The notes under the pieces were generated by a model. The model made no database searches. It had not been told where the DNA came from and saw only the letters and a list, made by a program, of their open reading frames with translations. Of a DNA stretch of 64,000 nucleotides, positions 10,159-18,596 are shown one piece after another; positions within the stretch are counted from its first letter, which is position 1, and each line of letters starts with the position of its first letter. The position numbers and the translations under genes are program-made. Source of the stretch: Desulfobacterales bacterium (GTDB lineage: Bacteria > Desulfobacterota > Desulfobacteria > Desulfobacterales > SURF-7); assembly GCA_018693105.1 (NCBI GenBank), contig JABHLN010000002.1, forward strand, positions 5,172 to 69,171, written 5' to 3'.

Positions 10159-11291
10159 ATTATTCTCTCAAGTATTTTTCTCAGCTGTGATTTTGTTATT
10201 TTCCTTGGATTGTTTTTTACTCTCTGAGGGTTAAAGCCGTTCTCCACTATAATATCAAGTTCTTTTTTTGAAATTCCAAGATTAATAAGACTGGTTTCAA
10301 GCCCGATTTCTTTCATTATTTTAATGATTTTATGTTTTGCACCTGAAGCTGTGGTACACCCGATAATTTCAACCAGTTCTTTCATCCTTTCCTTCACAAA
10401 TAAAACGCCACGTGCATCCTTAACAGAACCGGCATCCACATTATTGTTGAATTGAATAAAATGCGGCAGAGTTAAAGCCACGGCATGGCCATGGGGTATC
10501 TTGAAATATGATGTAAAGGGATAAGAAACAGAATGGGCTGCGGTTGTCTTTGCTACATTTATCGCCCTGCCAGCAAGATTTGCTGCCTCGAGCATTTTTC
10601 CCCTGGAATTGTCGTCGGGGTCATTTACAGCTTTTTCTATTGATGATATTGCAAGGGTTATGGCCTCCTTACTTAACTTTCTTGATTCATCTGTTGAGTT
10701 TACTGACCAGAATGATTCAATACCCTGACAAAGAGCATCCATGCCGGTAGAAGCCGTAATCACTGGGGAAAGACCATTTGTAAAAACATGATCAAGAATC
10801 GCATAATCCGACAGTACAGCTTCTCCTTCAAGGGAATATTTTGTTTTGCCTATATATATTACGGAAAAACGGGTTGACTCGCTCCCGGTACCGGCTGTTG
10901 TAGGGATTGTTACTGACGGTATCTTTTTATCATTTAATTTTTTTATTCCCTTAACATAATCTTCGGCATTCCCTTTATTGCAGGCAAGAACAGATATTGC
11001 TTTTGCAGTATCAATGACACTTCCCCCGCCAATTGCCAGTATAAAATCACAATTTTCTTTTTTAAGCTTTCCAACACCTTTTTCAATATCCCCAAGCCTC
11101 GGGTTTACTTTAAAATCATAGAATCGGCAATATTCAAAGCCCTTAATTATTTTACTCAGGTGTTCCTCTGCCCCTGATTCGGAATAGGATTTTTTTCCTG
11201 TTACAAGTAGAATCCTGCCTGGCAGATATTCTCTTAAAATTTCGGTAAGTTTATTTATGGAACCTGGGCCTTTTATAATCTTCTGTTCCAT
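10155..11291 (-). CDS. iron-containing alcohol dehydrogenase, predicted phosphonoacetaldehyde reductase (PhpC/FomC-like)
   Basis: 378 aa with GGGSVIDTAK and HGHAVAL Fe-ADH motifs. It overlaps the downstream gene by 4 nt and sits directly after the decarboxylase gene. The specific function is inferred from context. Confidence 0.65.
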   Translation of the reverse strand: MEQKIIKGPGSINKLTEILREYLPGRILLVTGKKSYSESGAEEHLSKIIKGFEYCRFYDFKVNPRLGDIEKGVGKLKKENCDFILAIGGGSVIDTAKAISVLACNKGNAEDYVKGIKKLNDKKIPSVTIPTTAGTGSESTRFSVIYIGKTKYSLEGEAVLSDYAILDHVFTNGLSPVITASTGMDALCQGIESFWSVNSTDESRKLSKEAITLAISSIEKAVNDPDDNSRGKMLEAANLAGRAINVAKTTAAHSVSYPFTSYFKIPHGHAVALTLPHFIQFNNNVDAGSVKDARGVLFVKERMKELVEIIGCTTASGAKHKIIKIMKEIGLETSLINLGISKKELDIIVENGFNPQRVKNNPRKITKSQLRKILERII

Positions 11292-11292
11292 T

Positions 11293-12423
11293 TCATTTTT
11301 CCTGTAAAAAACGCATAAATGCCTTTTTATTATCCAAAGGGCTGGTTGTCGGACGCCCTAAGCCTTCCCGGTTCCCTTTATTTACTCGAATTTCAAGGAA
11401 ATGCGGGCCGGGAATAGCCTTTATTTTTTTCAGATAAGCACGGATCTCATACTTTTCTTCCTTTCTGGATACGCTTCTATATCTGCACGCTTCGGCAATC
11501 TGAATAAAGTCAATTCCATGTCCCACTGTGGGCTGGCCACCAACAGAATCATGTGCTCCATTATTAAGAACAATATGGAAAAAATTTTCACTTCCGGACA
11601 TCCCGTTTATAGCCATAGAACCCATATGCATTATCACTGAGCCGTCACCGTCAAGGCAAAACACTTTCCTGCCAGGCTTATTGAGGGCTATTCCAAGAGC
11701 TACCTGGGAAGTATGTCCCATCCCCCCCACAATGAGAAAATCCTTTTCATGACCATGCCCAAGAGCTTCCCTGTATTCGAAAACTTCCCTGGATGCCATG
11801 CCGGTAGTTGAAACAACAATATCATCAGGGCCAAGAGAATCTATTACCAGCTTTACAGCATCTTCCCTCACAAGATCATATGAGGTGGCCGGTGTCCCAT
11901 TCATTTTATATGATTCAAAAGACCCTTTTTTTACAACAAGAGCAAACGGAGAATTTTCTTTCTCCATATATTCATAGGCGGTATTTACAGAGTGTTTTAC
12001 ATTTTCCTCACTACCATCAATTATTTCAAAGGGGATCTCCATGGATTCAAGCATTCCAAGGAGCACCTTTCCTTGTTTTTTATGCTGGGGCTCATCCTTT
12101 TTCCCAGGCTCTCCCCTCCACCCGATAACAAGGAGAACAGGAATGGAAAATACATCCTGGTCCATGATGGAAAGAAGTGGATTTATGGCATTACCAATGC
12201 CTGAATTCTGCATATAGACAACAGGAATGCATCCAGAAGTAAGGTAATGCCCTGCCGCCATGCCCACTGCGCTTCCTTCATTTGCGCAAATAAAATGATT
12301 GTCCTCTGTTACATAAGCAGTGATAACTGAACAGAGATGCTTTAAAGATGAATCAGGAACACCTGTAAAAAATCCGGTTCCCTTTTCTAACAAGAGATTA
12401 AAAAAAAATTCAGGCGACAACAT
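11293..12423 (-). CDS. ppd: phosphonopyruvate decarboxylase (TPP-dependent)
   Basis: Start trimmed to ATG at 12423 (MLSPEFFFNLLLEKGTGFFTGVPDSSLK), 4 nt after the upstream stop. TPP motif LDGDGSVIMHMGSM...VLNNGAHDSVGGQ. About 376 aa. Confidence 0.8.
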   Translation of the reverse strand: MLSPEFFFNLLLEKGTGFFTGVPDSSLKHLCSVITAYVTEDNHFICANEGSAVGMAAGHYLTSGCIPVVYMQNSGIGNAINPLLSIMDQDVFSIPVLLVIGWRGEPGKKDEPQHKKQGKVLLGMLESMEIPFEIIDGSEENVKHSVNTAYEYMEKENSPFALVVKKGSFESYKMNGTPATSYDLVREDAVKLVIDSLGPDDIVVSTTGMASREVFEYREALGHGHEKDFLIVGGMGHTSQVALGIALNKPGRKVFCLDGDGSVIMHMGSMAINGMSGSENFFHIVLNNGAHDSVGGQPTVGHGIDFIQIAEACRYRSVSRKEEKYEIRAYLKKIKAIPGPHFLEIRVNKGNREGLGRPTTSPLDNKKAFMRFLQEK

Positions 12424-12427
12424 TTTG

Positions 12428-13726
12428 CTACCTCGTTCCAGGAATAAGATCCAGGATTTCATTGATTGACAGACATGAGTCCGCACATTCAAATGCTCTG
12501 CCATGGGTCAGTATGGATTTTGCCGTATTCATCATCGCCGGATAAGCTGACCGTAGAAGATGATTTGCATATATAATCACATTTACTTGTGCTTCACACA
12601 ACTTGTCTTCATATGTAGCATGATAACTTGAGGGGACAACAACAATCGGGACCTGCTTTTCCAGTTTTCTGAAATGCCCGCAAAATTCAAAAATCTCATC
12701 AGGTTTCTTTTGCCTGCTATGTATCATGATGGCATCTGCACCAGCATCAATATAAGCTTTGGTACGTTCCAGAGCATCATCCATTCCTTTTTCAAGTATG
12801 AGGCTCTCAACTCTTGCTATAATCATGAAATCGTCTGTGATCTGAGCGTTCTTCCCTGTCTGTATTTTATAATAGAAATTTTCAATGGTATCCTGCTGCT
12901 GTAACACGGCATTGCCGAACAATGAATTTTTCTTCAGGCCGATTTTATCCTCGATAATAACCGCAGAGACTCCTAATCGTTCAAGGGTCTTTACTGTAAA
13001 GGAAAAATGCTCCGGCCGTCCTCCGGTATCCGCATCAAAAATCAGGGGTTTGGTTGTTACTTCAAAAATATCGTTGATTGTGGTCATACGTGATGTCAGG
13101 TCCACCGCCTCTATATCGGGTTTCCCCCGTGCAGTGGAATCCATGAGACTGCTTGACCACATGGCGTCAAATTCTCTGAGTTGATTGTCTTTCTCCACTA
13201 TGACATTTTCAACGATCAACCCACAGAGTCCGTTATGGACTTCGAGAACCCTTACAATAGGTTTGGCTGCAATAAGTCGTTTAAGTCGTTTAAGACGAAT
13301 ATCTGGAGTTGTCCCTATCTGTTTCAAATCCTGGTGCAGCTTGGAAGATGAGATACCCGGTGTGTAGCCTATTTCAACCAGTTCCCCTCCCCATTCATTT
13401 AGGGTATCGATCACATCCTGCCGTGTTTTGGCTTGAACACCTGTTTTCCAGTCATCCCCATGGACCACAACATCCGGCCTGTATTTTCTTAAATTTTTTA
13501 CATAATCAAGGGTTTCCTGGGGCACAACCTCTTTAACACCTGCGATGTTTTCAATGACAATTTTCCTTTGGTCATATGAAAGATAGGGAAGCCTCTTATA
13601 ACTTGCAATAGCAGCATCAGTAAGGAGTCCTATGGTAACATCTCCAAGGGCAGCACCTTTTTTTATTACGTTAATATGACCTGGATGAACAAGATCTGCA
13701 CTCATCCCAATATATACTTTTTTCAT
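12428..13726 (-). CDS. pepM: bifunctional cytidylyltransferase / phosphoenolpyruvate mutase (Fom1- or PntC-PepM-like fusion)
   Basis: Start trimmed to ATG at 13726 ([20 protein letters not shown]), with GAGGGT upstream. The N-terminal domain has the HxGH nucleotidyltransferase motif. The C-terminal domain has PepM features ([32 protein letters not shown]). Confidence 0.8.
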   Translation of the reverse strand: MKKVYIGMSADLVHPGHINVIKKGAALGDVTIGLLTDAAIASYKRLPYLSYDQRKIVIENIAGVKEVVPQETLDYVKNLRKYRPDVVVHGDDWKTGVQAKTRQDVIDTLNEWGGELVEIGYTPGISSSKLHQDLKQIGTTPDIRLKRLKRLIAAKPIVRVLEVHNGLCGLIVENVIVEKDNQLREFDAMWSSSLMDSTARGKPDIEAVDLTSRMTTINDIFEVTTKPLIFDADTGGRPEHFSFTVKTLERLGVSAVIIEDKIGLKKNSLFGNAVLQQQDTIENFYYKIQTGKNAQITDDFMIIARVESLILEKGMDDALERTKAYIDAGADAIMIHSRQKKPDEIFEFCGHFRKLEKQVPIVVVPSSYHATYEDKLCEAQVNVIIYANHLLRSAYPAMMNTAKSILTHGRAFECADSCLSINEILDLIPGTR

Positions 13727-13736
13727 TTTTACCCTC

Positions 13737-15392
13737 TTATTTTTCCATTCGTTTGTTAACAGCCCATTGTTCGATGACCTGGCATAGATTTGTAGTTGTC
13801 CAGTATAAAAGAAGGCCAGCCGCAAACTGGTAAAACAGCACCATCATGGTAACGGGAAGAATATAGACTCCCATATTCCCCTTTGATTTCTTTTTTCCCG
13901 GTATTTTGTCTTTGCTCTTATTCATCATTGAAGCCTGCACAATTTGTACTGTGCACATTATAAGAGGAAGGAAATTAAACCACTCGCCCACAAGTGGAAG
14001 TGTGATACCAAAAGAAAAAAGACGTTCAGGCTCTGAAAGATCATTAATCCATAAAAACCCTGCGCCGCTGATTTGATAGTACTGACAGATAATCTGGTAA
14101 AGTGCTACGAAAACCGGAATCTGGACAAGAAGCCCAAGGCATCCTTTATAAGATGCAAAAGGACTAAAATTATGTTCCTTATATAACTTCATGGTTTCCT
14201 GGTAAGCTTTTTCACCATCTGAATATTTTCCATTTATGGCATCAATCAGGGGTGCTAATTCAGCCTGCTTTTCCTTAAAGATTCTTTGTTTTTTTATACT
14301 ATATCGGGAAACAGGAAAAATAAACACCCGCATTAAAACAGACAGGAGAACAATAGCAAGGCCCCAGCTGTTGCTAATGGAGTGGAGCCAGCCAAGCAGG
14401 GACATCAAAACAAGACATACGGGCCGAAGCCAGCTCCACAAATTACTGAAAAGTATTCCATCCAGTCCGTAGTTTGTTTTTTCAAGAACCTGCCTGCTTT
14501 TTGGTCCGGCAAAAACAGTATATGAAAAATCAACAGATTGTCCGGGCTTGACTGAAAAGGGCTTATGAAACAGATGCAATGCAGGCAAACGATTTTCCTG
14601 TACCTGGCTTTCACAGGCTTGTTCGATTGTTCCTGAAACAAAAGTACTTCCGGTTGCTGGTCTGGGAATCAGGCAGAACAAATCATAACGACTGTGAATG
14701 CCTGCCCACTCAATTTTTAAGTCATTTCCCGGAAAAACAATCGAATTTTTCGTGACCTCAAGCTGCAAATTGTTTATATCTTTATTTGTTTTATATACGA
14801 CCCGTTCCTGCACTGAAACCAAACTTTGATTATCTACAGGGAAAACACCTGAATGCAACCCGATTGCAAAACCATGTCGTCCATTATCGAAAATAAGCTC
14901 TGAACCTGATTTATTAAGAAAAGACAGGATAAATTCGAATTTATATCCATTGACAGGAATGCGGTATGTTTTTCTGACGCTGAATCCGGTCTTACTTTTC
15001 GGAGAATCGAAGCTGACTATATAAAAATTTTTATCCTGAGATTGGACAACATTATATAGAACATGATGGTCATCGTGTTCTATACCCTTAACAAATAGTT
15101 TTATGCCAAGAAAATCACCATCCCAGGAACTGTTCTTTGGTTCATGGGGTATTGTGTATAAATTTGACACACCTGCTGAAGCCGGATCTTGACGGATTGC
15201 CCAGTTTATAATCCTGCCGCCTGCAGATGAGAAACTAATCTCTAATAATTCGGTTTTCACTGAAACATACTGTTTCCGGCCATTATTTTGCTGACTTTGC
15301 AAAAAAGTGCCTAAATCAGTTGAAGATAAACATACAATAGGAAACAGCCATAGTAGAACAGCCATTATGATGGCATTGTGAAAACCCTCCAA
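13737..15392 (-). CDS. yidC: YidC/Oxa1-family membrane protein insertase with large periplasmic P1-like domain
   Basis: 551 aa. An N-terminal TM helix and a beta-rich domain are followed by a conserved core ([20 protein letters not shown]...QAELAPLI...[12 protein letters not shown]...[16 protein letters not shown]...[11 protein letters not shown]). Its stop is 11 nt upstream of the pepM-fusion start. Confidence 0.8.
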   Translation of the reverse strand: MEGFHNAIIMAVLLWLFPIVCLSSTDLGTFLQSQQNNGRKQYVSVKTELLEISFSSAGGRIINWAIRQDPASAGVSNLYTIPHEPKNSSWDGDFLGIKLFVKGIEHDDHHVLYNVVQSQDKNFYIVSFDSPKSKTGFSVRKTYRIPVNGYKFEFILSFLNKSGSELIFDNGRHGFAIGLHSGVFPVDNQSLVSVQERVVYKTNKDINNLQLEVTKNSIVFPGNDLKIEWAGIHSRYDLFCLIPRPATGSTFVSGTIEQACESQVQENRLPALHLFHKPFSVKPGQSVDFSYTVFAGPKSRQVLEKTNYGLDGILFSNLWSWLRPVCLVLMSLLGWLHSISNSWGLAIVLLSVLMRVFIFPVSRYSIKKQRIFKEKQAELAPLIDAINGKYSDGEKAYQETMKLYKEHNFSPFASYKGCLGLLVQIPVFVALYQIICQYYQISGAGFLWINDLSEPERLFSFGITLPLVGEWFNFLPLIMCTVQIVQASMMNKSKDKIPGKKKSKGNMGVYILPVTMMVLFYQFAAGLLLYWTTTNLCQVIEQWAVNKRMEK

Positions 15393-15459
15393 AAACTTTT
15401 TAATATGATCATATACTTTCAGCTTCGAGCTCCAGTCATTGAGCTAGATAGCGCTATGA

Positions 15460-15708
15460 CTATTTATCGTCTGATACGGAAGAAGAGTCTGAAGTTTCTT
15501 TACCAACCATGCGAAACCAGAAACTCTTAATCCTCCTCCAGGACATTTTAACAGCCATTGCACTTCCAACCACAACCCCAATAACAACCTGTAAAATCAT
15601 ACTGCCAGTACCGGGGTCAATATATGCATAAGCATTCTGCGCCGCTAACAAAATAGCTGCAGAAACTGATATGATAATTGATGAAGAGTAACGAAATCTC
15701 TGAAACAT
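15460..15708 (-). CDS. small membrane protein, unknown function
   Basis: 82 aa. Signal-like N-terminus, the motif YIDPGTGS, one TM helix and an acidic/Ser tail. First ORF of the minus-strand cluster. Confidence 0.4.
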   Translation of the reverse strand: MFQRFRYSSSIIISVSAAILLAAQNAYAYIDPGTGSMILQVVIGVVVGSAMAVKMSWRRIKSFWFRMVGKETSDSSSVSDDK

Positions 15709-15939
15709 TTGCTATCTCCTTATTATTGGCACCGTTTTATTATTAAATGCCATATTTTAAATCATCTTTTCTCATAATGAAAAGTTCACCGATGGCGGGA
15801 ACAACCTAATATCAGTAGTAAATGGCGAAAAACACTTCATGAAAGTAAGACATATCCCAAAATACCGCTATTTTCAACTATCCTCGTAAAAACAACAGGT
15901 TCTGGGCTGGTTTTATTATCCATTTTAAAATTAATCCGT

Positions 15940-16081
15940 CTATCTGTCAAAACGTAGCATAGTCCCGAGTTTTTTCAAGATTTCTAACATAACTGTCTCA
16001 GGTATTTTGTCATAGAATTCAGTATCCCTTATTTTCCAATCAAGGTTTTTAACCTGATCGGATAAAATAGCACCAGTTGCT
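15940..16081 (-). pseudogene. C-terminal remnant of a MazF/PemK-type toxin gene
   Basis: Manual translation gives ATGAILSDQVKNLDWKIRDTEFYDKIPETVMLEILKKLGTMLRFDR*. This resembles the C-terminal third of MazF (…DQV+.LDW..R…). No N-terminal part or start codon is present. Confidence 0.55.
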
Positions 16082-16082
16082 T

Positions 16083-16226
16083 TTAGTCAATCAGAGCAAT
16101 GACAATTCTTTCCTTATCAATTGAAAAATCAACTAATCCATCTTGTTTTAACTTCGATTTCGATGCAAATGATTTGGGAATACGTAATGCGAGACTTTTC
16201 CTCCATTTTTTGATTTTATTTTGCAT
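16083..16226 (-). CDS. AbrB/MazE-type antitoxin fragment (47 aa; probably truncated)
   Basis: Below the ORF-track cutoff. Manual translation gives MQNKIKKWRKSLALRIPKSFASKSKLKQDGLVDFSIDKERIVIALID*. KW..SLALRIPK is the SpoVT/AbrB swapped-hairpin motif. It ends right after the domain and abuts the mazF remnant in another frame. Confidence 0.55.
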   Translation of the reverse strand: MQNKIKKWRKSLALRIPKSFASKSKLKQDGLVDFSIDKERIVIALID

Positions 16227-16440
16227 ATTGCGACTCCATCTTTAATATAATATTTCTGAAAAAGTATCTACAATGGAGATAAATCGTGTAAAATTAAAGT
16301 TTTCAGCAATAAATTTGAATACAAATAAAAATGAACGCGGCAAATCACCACAAATTGCAATCAGATTACTTTTTCAGGAGACCCTAATTAGTACCTGTCC
16401 GAATATCTCTTGCTTTAGTTTGTTTCTGATACATATCACA

Positions 16441-16485
16441 CTGACACGTTAGAAGTCGTTGGTTCAAATCCAATCGCACCTACCA
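16441..16485 (+). repeat. second orphan copy of the tRNA-Val 3' end (42/45 identical)
   Basis: CTGACACGTTAGAAGTCGTTGGTTCAAATCCAATCGCACCTACCA compared with tRNA 1407-1451 shows 3 mismatches. No 5' half is present. Confidence 0.85.
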
Positions 16486-16492
16486 TAACTAA

Positions 16493-16528
16493 TAAAAAAA
16501 ATAGGGACGGCCCTATTTTTTTTATATG
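16493..16528. terminator. bidirectional rho-independent terminator
   Basis: An A-run, then TAGGG-ACGG-CCCTA, then a T-run (AAAAAAAATAGGGACGGCCCTATTTTTTTT). It lies immediately 3' of the minus-strand TPP-enzyme gene. Confidence 0.7.
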
Positions 16529-16548
16529 GCTGCAAATATTTCAGTTTT

Positions 16549-18252
16549 TTATTTCATAGATCTGGCTATACGCGCAGTAGTACTTTCCGCCAGAATATCA
16601 ACTACAGACGGGCCATCAATGCTGATAGCCTCCTTCAGTGCGTCACTGAGTTCCGCTGGGTCTTCAACACGCCGGCCCGGAATCCCAAAAGCATTGGCAA
16701 GCTTTGCATAATCAAGGGTCGGGTCTGTGAGCTGCATACCCATGAATTTGCTCTTTTGTACCGGTTTTTCGATGGCATTAAGATAGTTGATCATGTTTAT
16801 CTTAACAATTTCATAAGAGGCATTTCCGATTATGACAAAAGTAACCGGAATATTGTAATGGGCAGCCGTCCACAGAGCCTGTATGGTAAACATGGCTTCT
16901 CCGTCTCCAATTACTGCTACGACAGGACGGTCAGGCTGTGCTATTTTGATTCCAAGAGCACCCGGAAGCCCCCATCCTAAAGAGCCTCCACGAAGGCCGA
17001 ACATGGTACCTTCTTCCGGAAAGTCAATAAAAGTATTAAGAGCAATGGAAGCGGTAACTGCAACATCAATTAATATTGTTTCCGGGGGCAGGCAATCACG
17101 AAGTTCGGACATAATCCTTCCTTCGGTTATCGGGACATTATCCCAGCCTGTTTTGAAAATTGCCTCGGCCGCCTCTTTCAGGATTTTTCTTTCCTTTTCA
17201 ATATCCTTGTTCCTATCTTCAACTTTCTGCTTAAAACCTGTCTGCATATTGTCATTAATCGACGTTGTAAGATCTTTCATACCTTCCCGTGGATCAGCTA
17301 CAATTCCCAGCTCCACCGGATATATCTTCCCGATCTCCCATGATTTACTATCCAAATGGATTAGCTGGGTATCCTTCGAAATATATCGGGGTGTATTGTT
17401 CATAAATACCGGAAATACGCTTGTTCCTATTGCAAATAATACATCTACATTACCAAGAGCTGCAGATATGGTTTCAGGATCAAGAAGATTCAGGGTACCA
17501 AGGTATTGGGGATGTGTTGTCGGGAAATTCACTTCAGATCTCATAGGCGAGGCATACACTCTTGCACCAAGAACTTCAGCAAGCTTCACAGCCTCAGACA
17601 TAGCCCTTGATTGAGCAACACCATCACCTACAACCATAACAGGACGATCAGCTTTTGATAAAAGATCTGTAGCCTTAACTACAGCTTCATTATCAGGACG
17701 TGTCCTGAAATGGATTTTATTTGCCGGGTCTAAATCAAAATCAGCCTCTTTCACAAGAGTATCAGCAGGTATTGAAACAAAAACCGGACCAAAAGGTGGC
17801 GTTGCTGCCACTTTAAAAGCTTTGCGCATTACCATGGGCACATCTTCAGGATGCATAACTTCAACGCTCCACTTTGTGAAAGGACGAGCCATACTGACCA
17901 GATCAGCTGCAAGAATCGGTTCCCCCATGAGCATCTCGGTATACTGCTGACCTGCGGTAACTACCAGTGGGGTCCCTCCTGAATATGCATTAAACAGCAT
18001 ACTCATGCTATTAGCCAATCCTGGTGCAATATGAACATTAACCAGAGCAGGTTTCCCGGTAGCCCGTGCATATCCATCCGCCATACCCATGACAACAGCT
18101 TCATGAAGGCCGAGATAAAACTTTATTTGCGGATAGTTCTCAAGTTCATCGTAAAAACCTAGCTCGGTTGATCCAGGATTACCAAACAAACATTCAACAC
18201 CTTCGGAAACCAAAACTTCGAAAAGAGCTTTCTGGCCTCGCATAATAGTCAT
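16549..18252 (-). CDS. thiamine-diphosphate enzyme, benzoylformate decarboxylase/acetolactate synthase-like
   Basis: 567 aa. The N-terminus FGNPGSTELGFYD...GMADGYARATGKPALVNVH...VVTAGQQ resembles BFD-type enzymes. TPP motif IGDGEAMFTIQALWTAAHYNIPVTFVIIGN. Confidence 0.7.
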   Translation of the reverse strand: MTIMRGQKALFEVLVSEGVECLFGNPGSTELGFYDELENYPQIKFYLGLHEAVVMGMADGYARATGKPALVNVHIAPGLANSMSMLFNAYSGGTPLVVTAGQQYTEMLMGEPILAADLVSMARPFTKWSVEVMHPEDVPMVMRKAFKVAATPPFGPVFVSIPADTLVKEADFDLDPANKIHFRTRPDNEAVVKATDLLSKADRPVMVVGDGVAQSRAMSEAVKLAEVLGARVYASPMRSEVNFPTTHPQYLGTLNLLDPETISAALGNVDVLFAIGTSVFPVFMNNTPRYISKDTQLIHLDSKSWEIGKIYPVELGIVADPREGMKDLTTSINDNMQTGFKQKVEDRNKDIEKERKILKEAAEAIFKTGWDNVPITEGRIMSELRDCLPPETILIDVAVTASIALNTFIDFPEEGTMFGLRGGSLGWGLPGALGIKIAQPDRPVVAVIGDGEAMFTIQALWTAAHYNIPVTFVIIGNASYEIVKINMINYLNAIEKPVQKSKFMGMQLTDPTLDYAKLANAFGIPGRRVEDPAELSDALKEAISIDGPSVVDILAESTTARIARSMK

Positions 18253-18596
18253 GGTATATGCCTCCTGATATTAATGTATTGAAACCTTTGCATAACATCC
18301 TTTTTTGCCGATTCCTGTATCAGACTCAAACTTTAAACCTCGAAATAGTTAATGTATTCATGTGGTTAATCCCGCCATAGCGGGATCGCTTTCCTTGAAT
18401 TCGAACAAAAATGAATGTTTTTCAAAGGTCTCATGTTATAAAAAACACAAAATAAACTATATTAAAGAACGGATGTAGCAACATTTAATATTGCCAAATC
18501 ATAGTTGGTATTAATTTTGATGTCAAAATCTTCTTTCGTATTTATAAAATTATTCGAAAAGGTCTGACGCATATAAAAACACAACTTTTGTTATTT

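Noticed and set aside
12424-12504. 27-codon N-terminal extension of the phosphonopyruvate decarboxylase ORF, overlapping the pepM 3' end
   Set aside because: The internal ATG at 12423 lies 4 nt after the pepM stop and begins the conserved Ppd N-terminus. The extension lies within the pepM coding sequence in another frame.
16883-17614. 243-aa + strand ORF
   Set aside because: It is antisense to the well-supported TPP-enzyme gene 16549..18252 and has low-complexity Ser/Ile/Pro-rich content.
18368-18385. Small CCCG-loop-CGGG hairpins (18368-18385, about 26623-26640, about 26716-26732) as a possible second REP family
   Set aside because: There are only three short, loosely similar hairpins. That is too little sequence to distinguish a family from chance.
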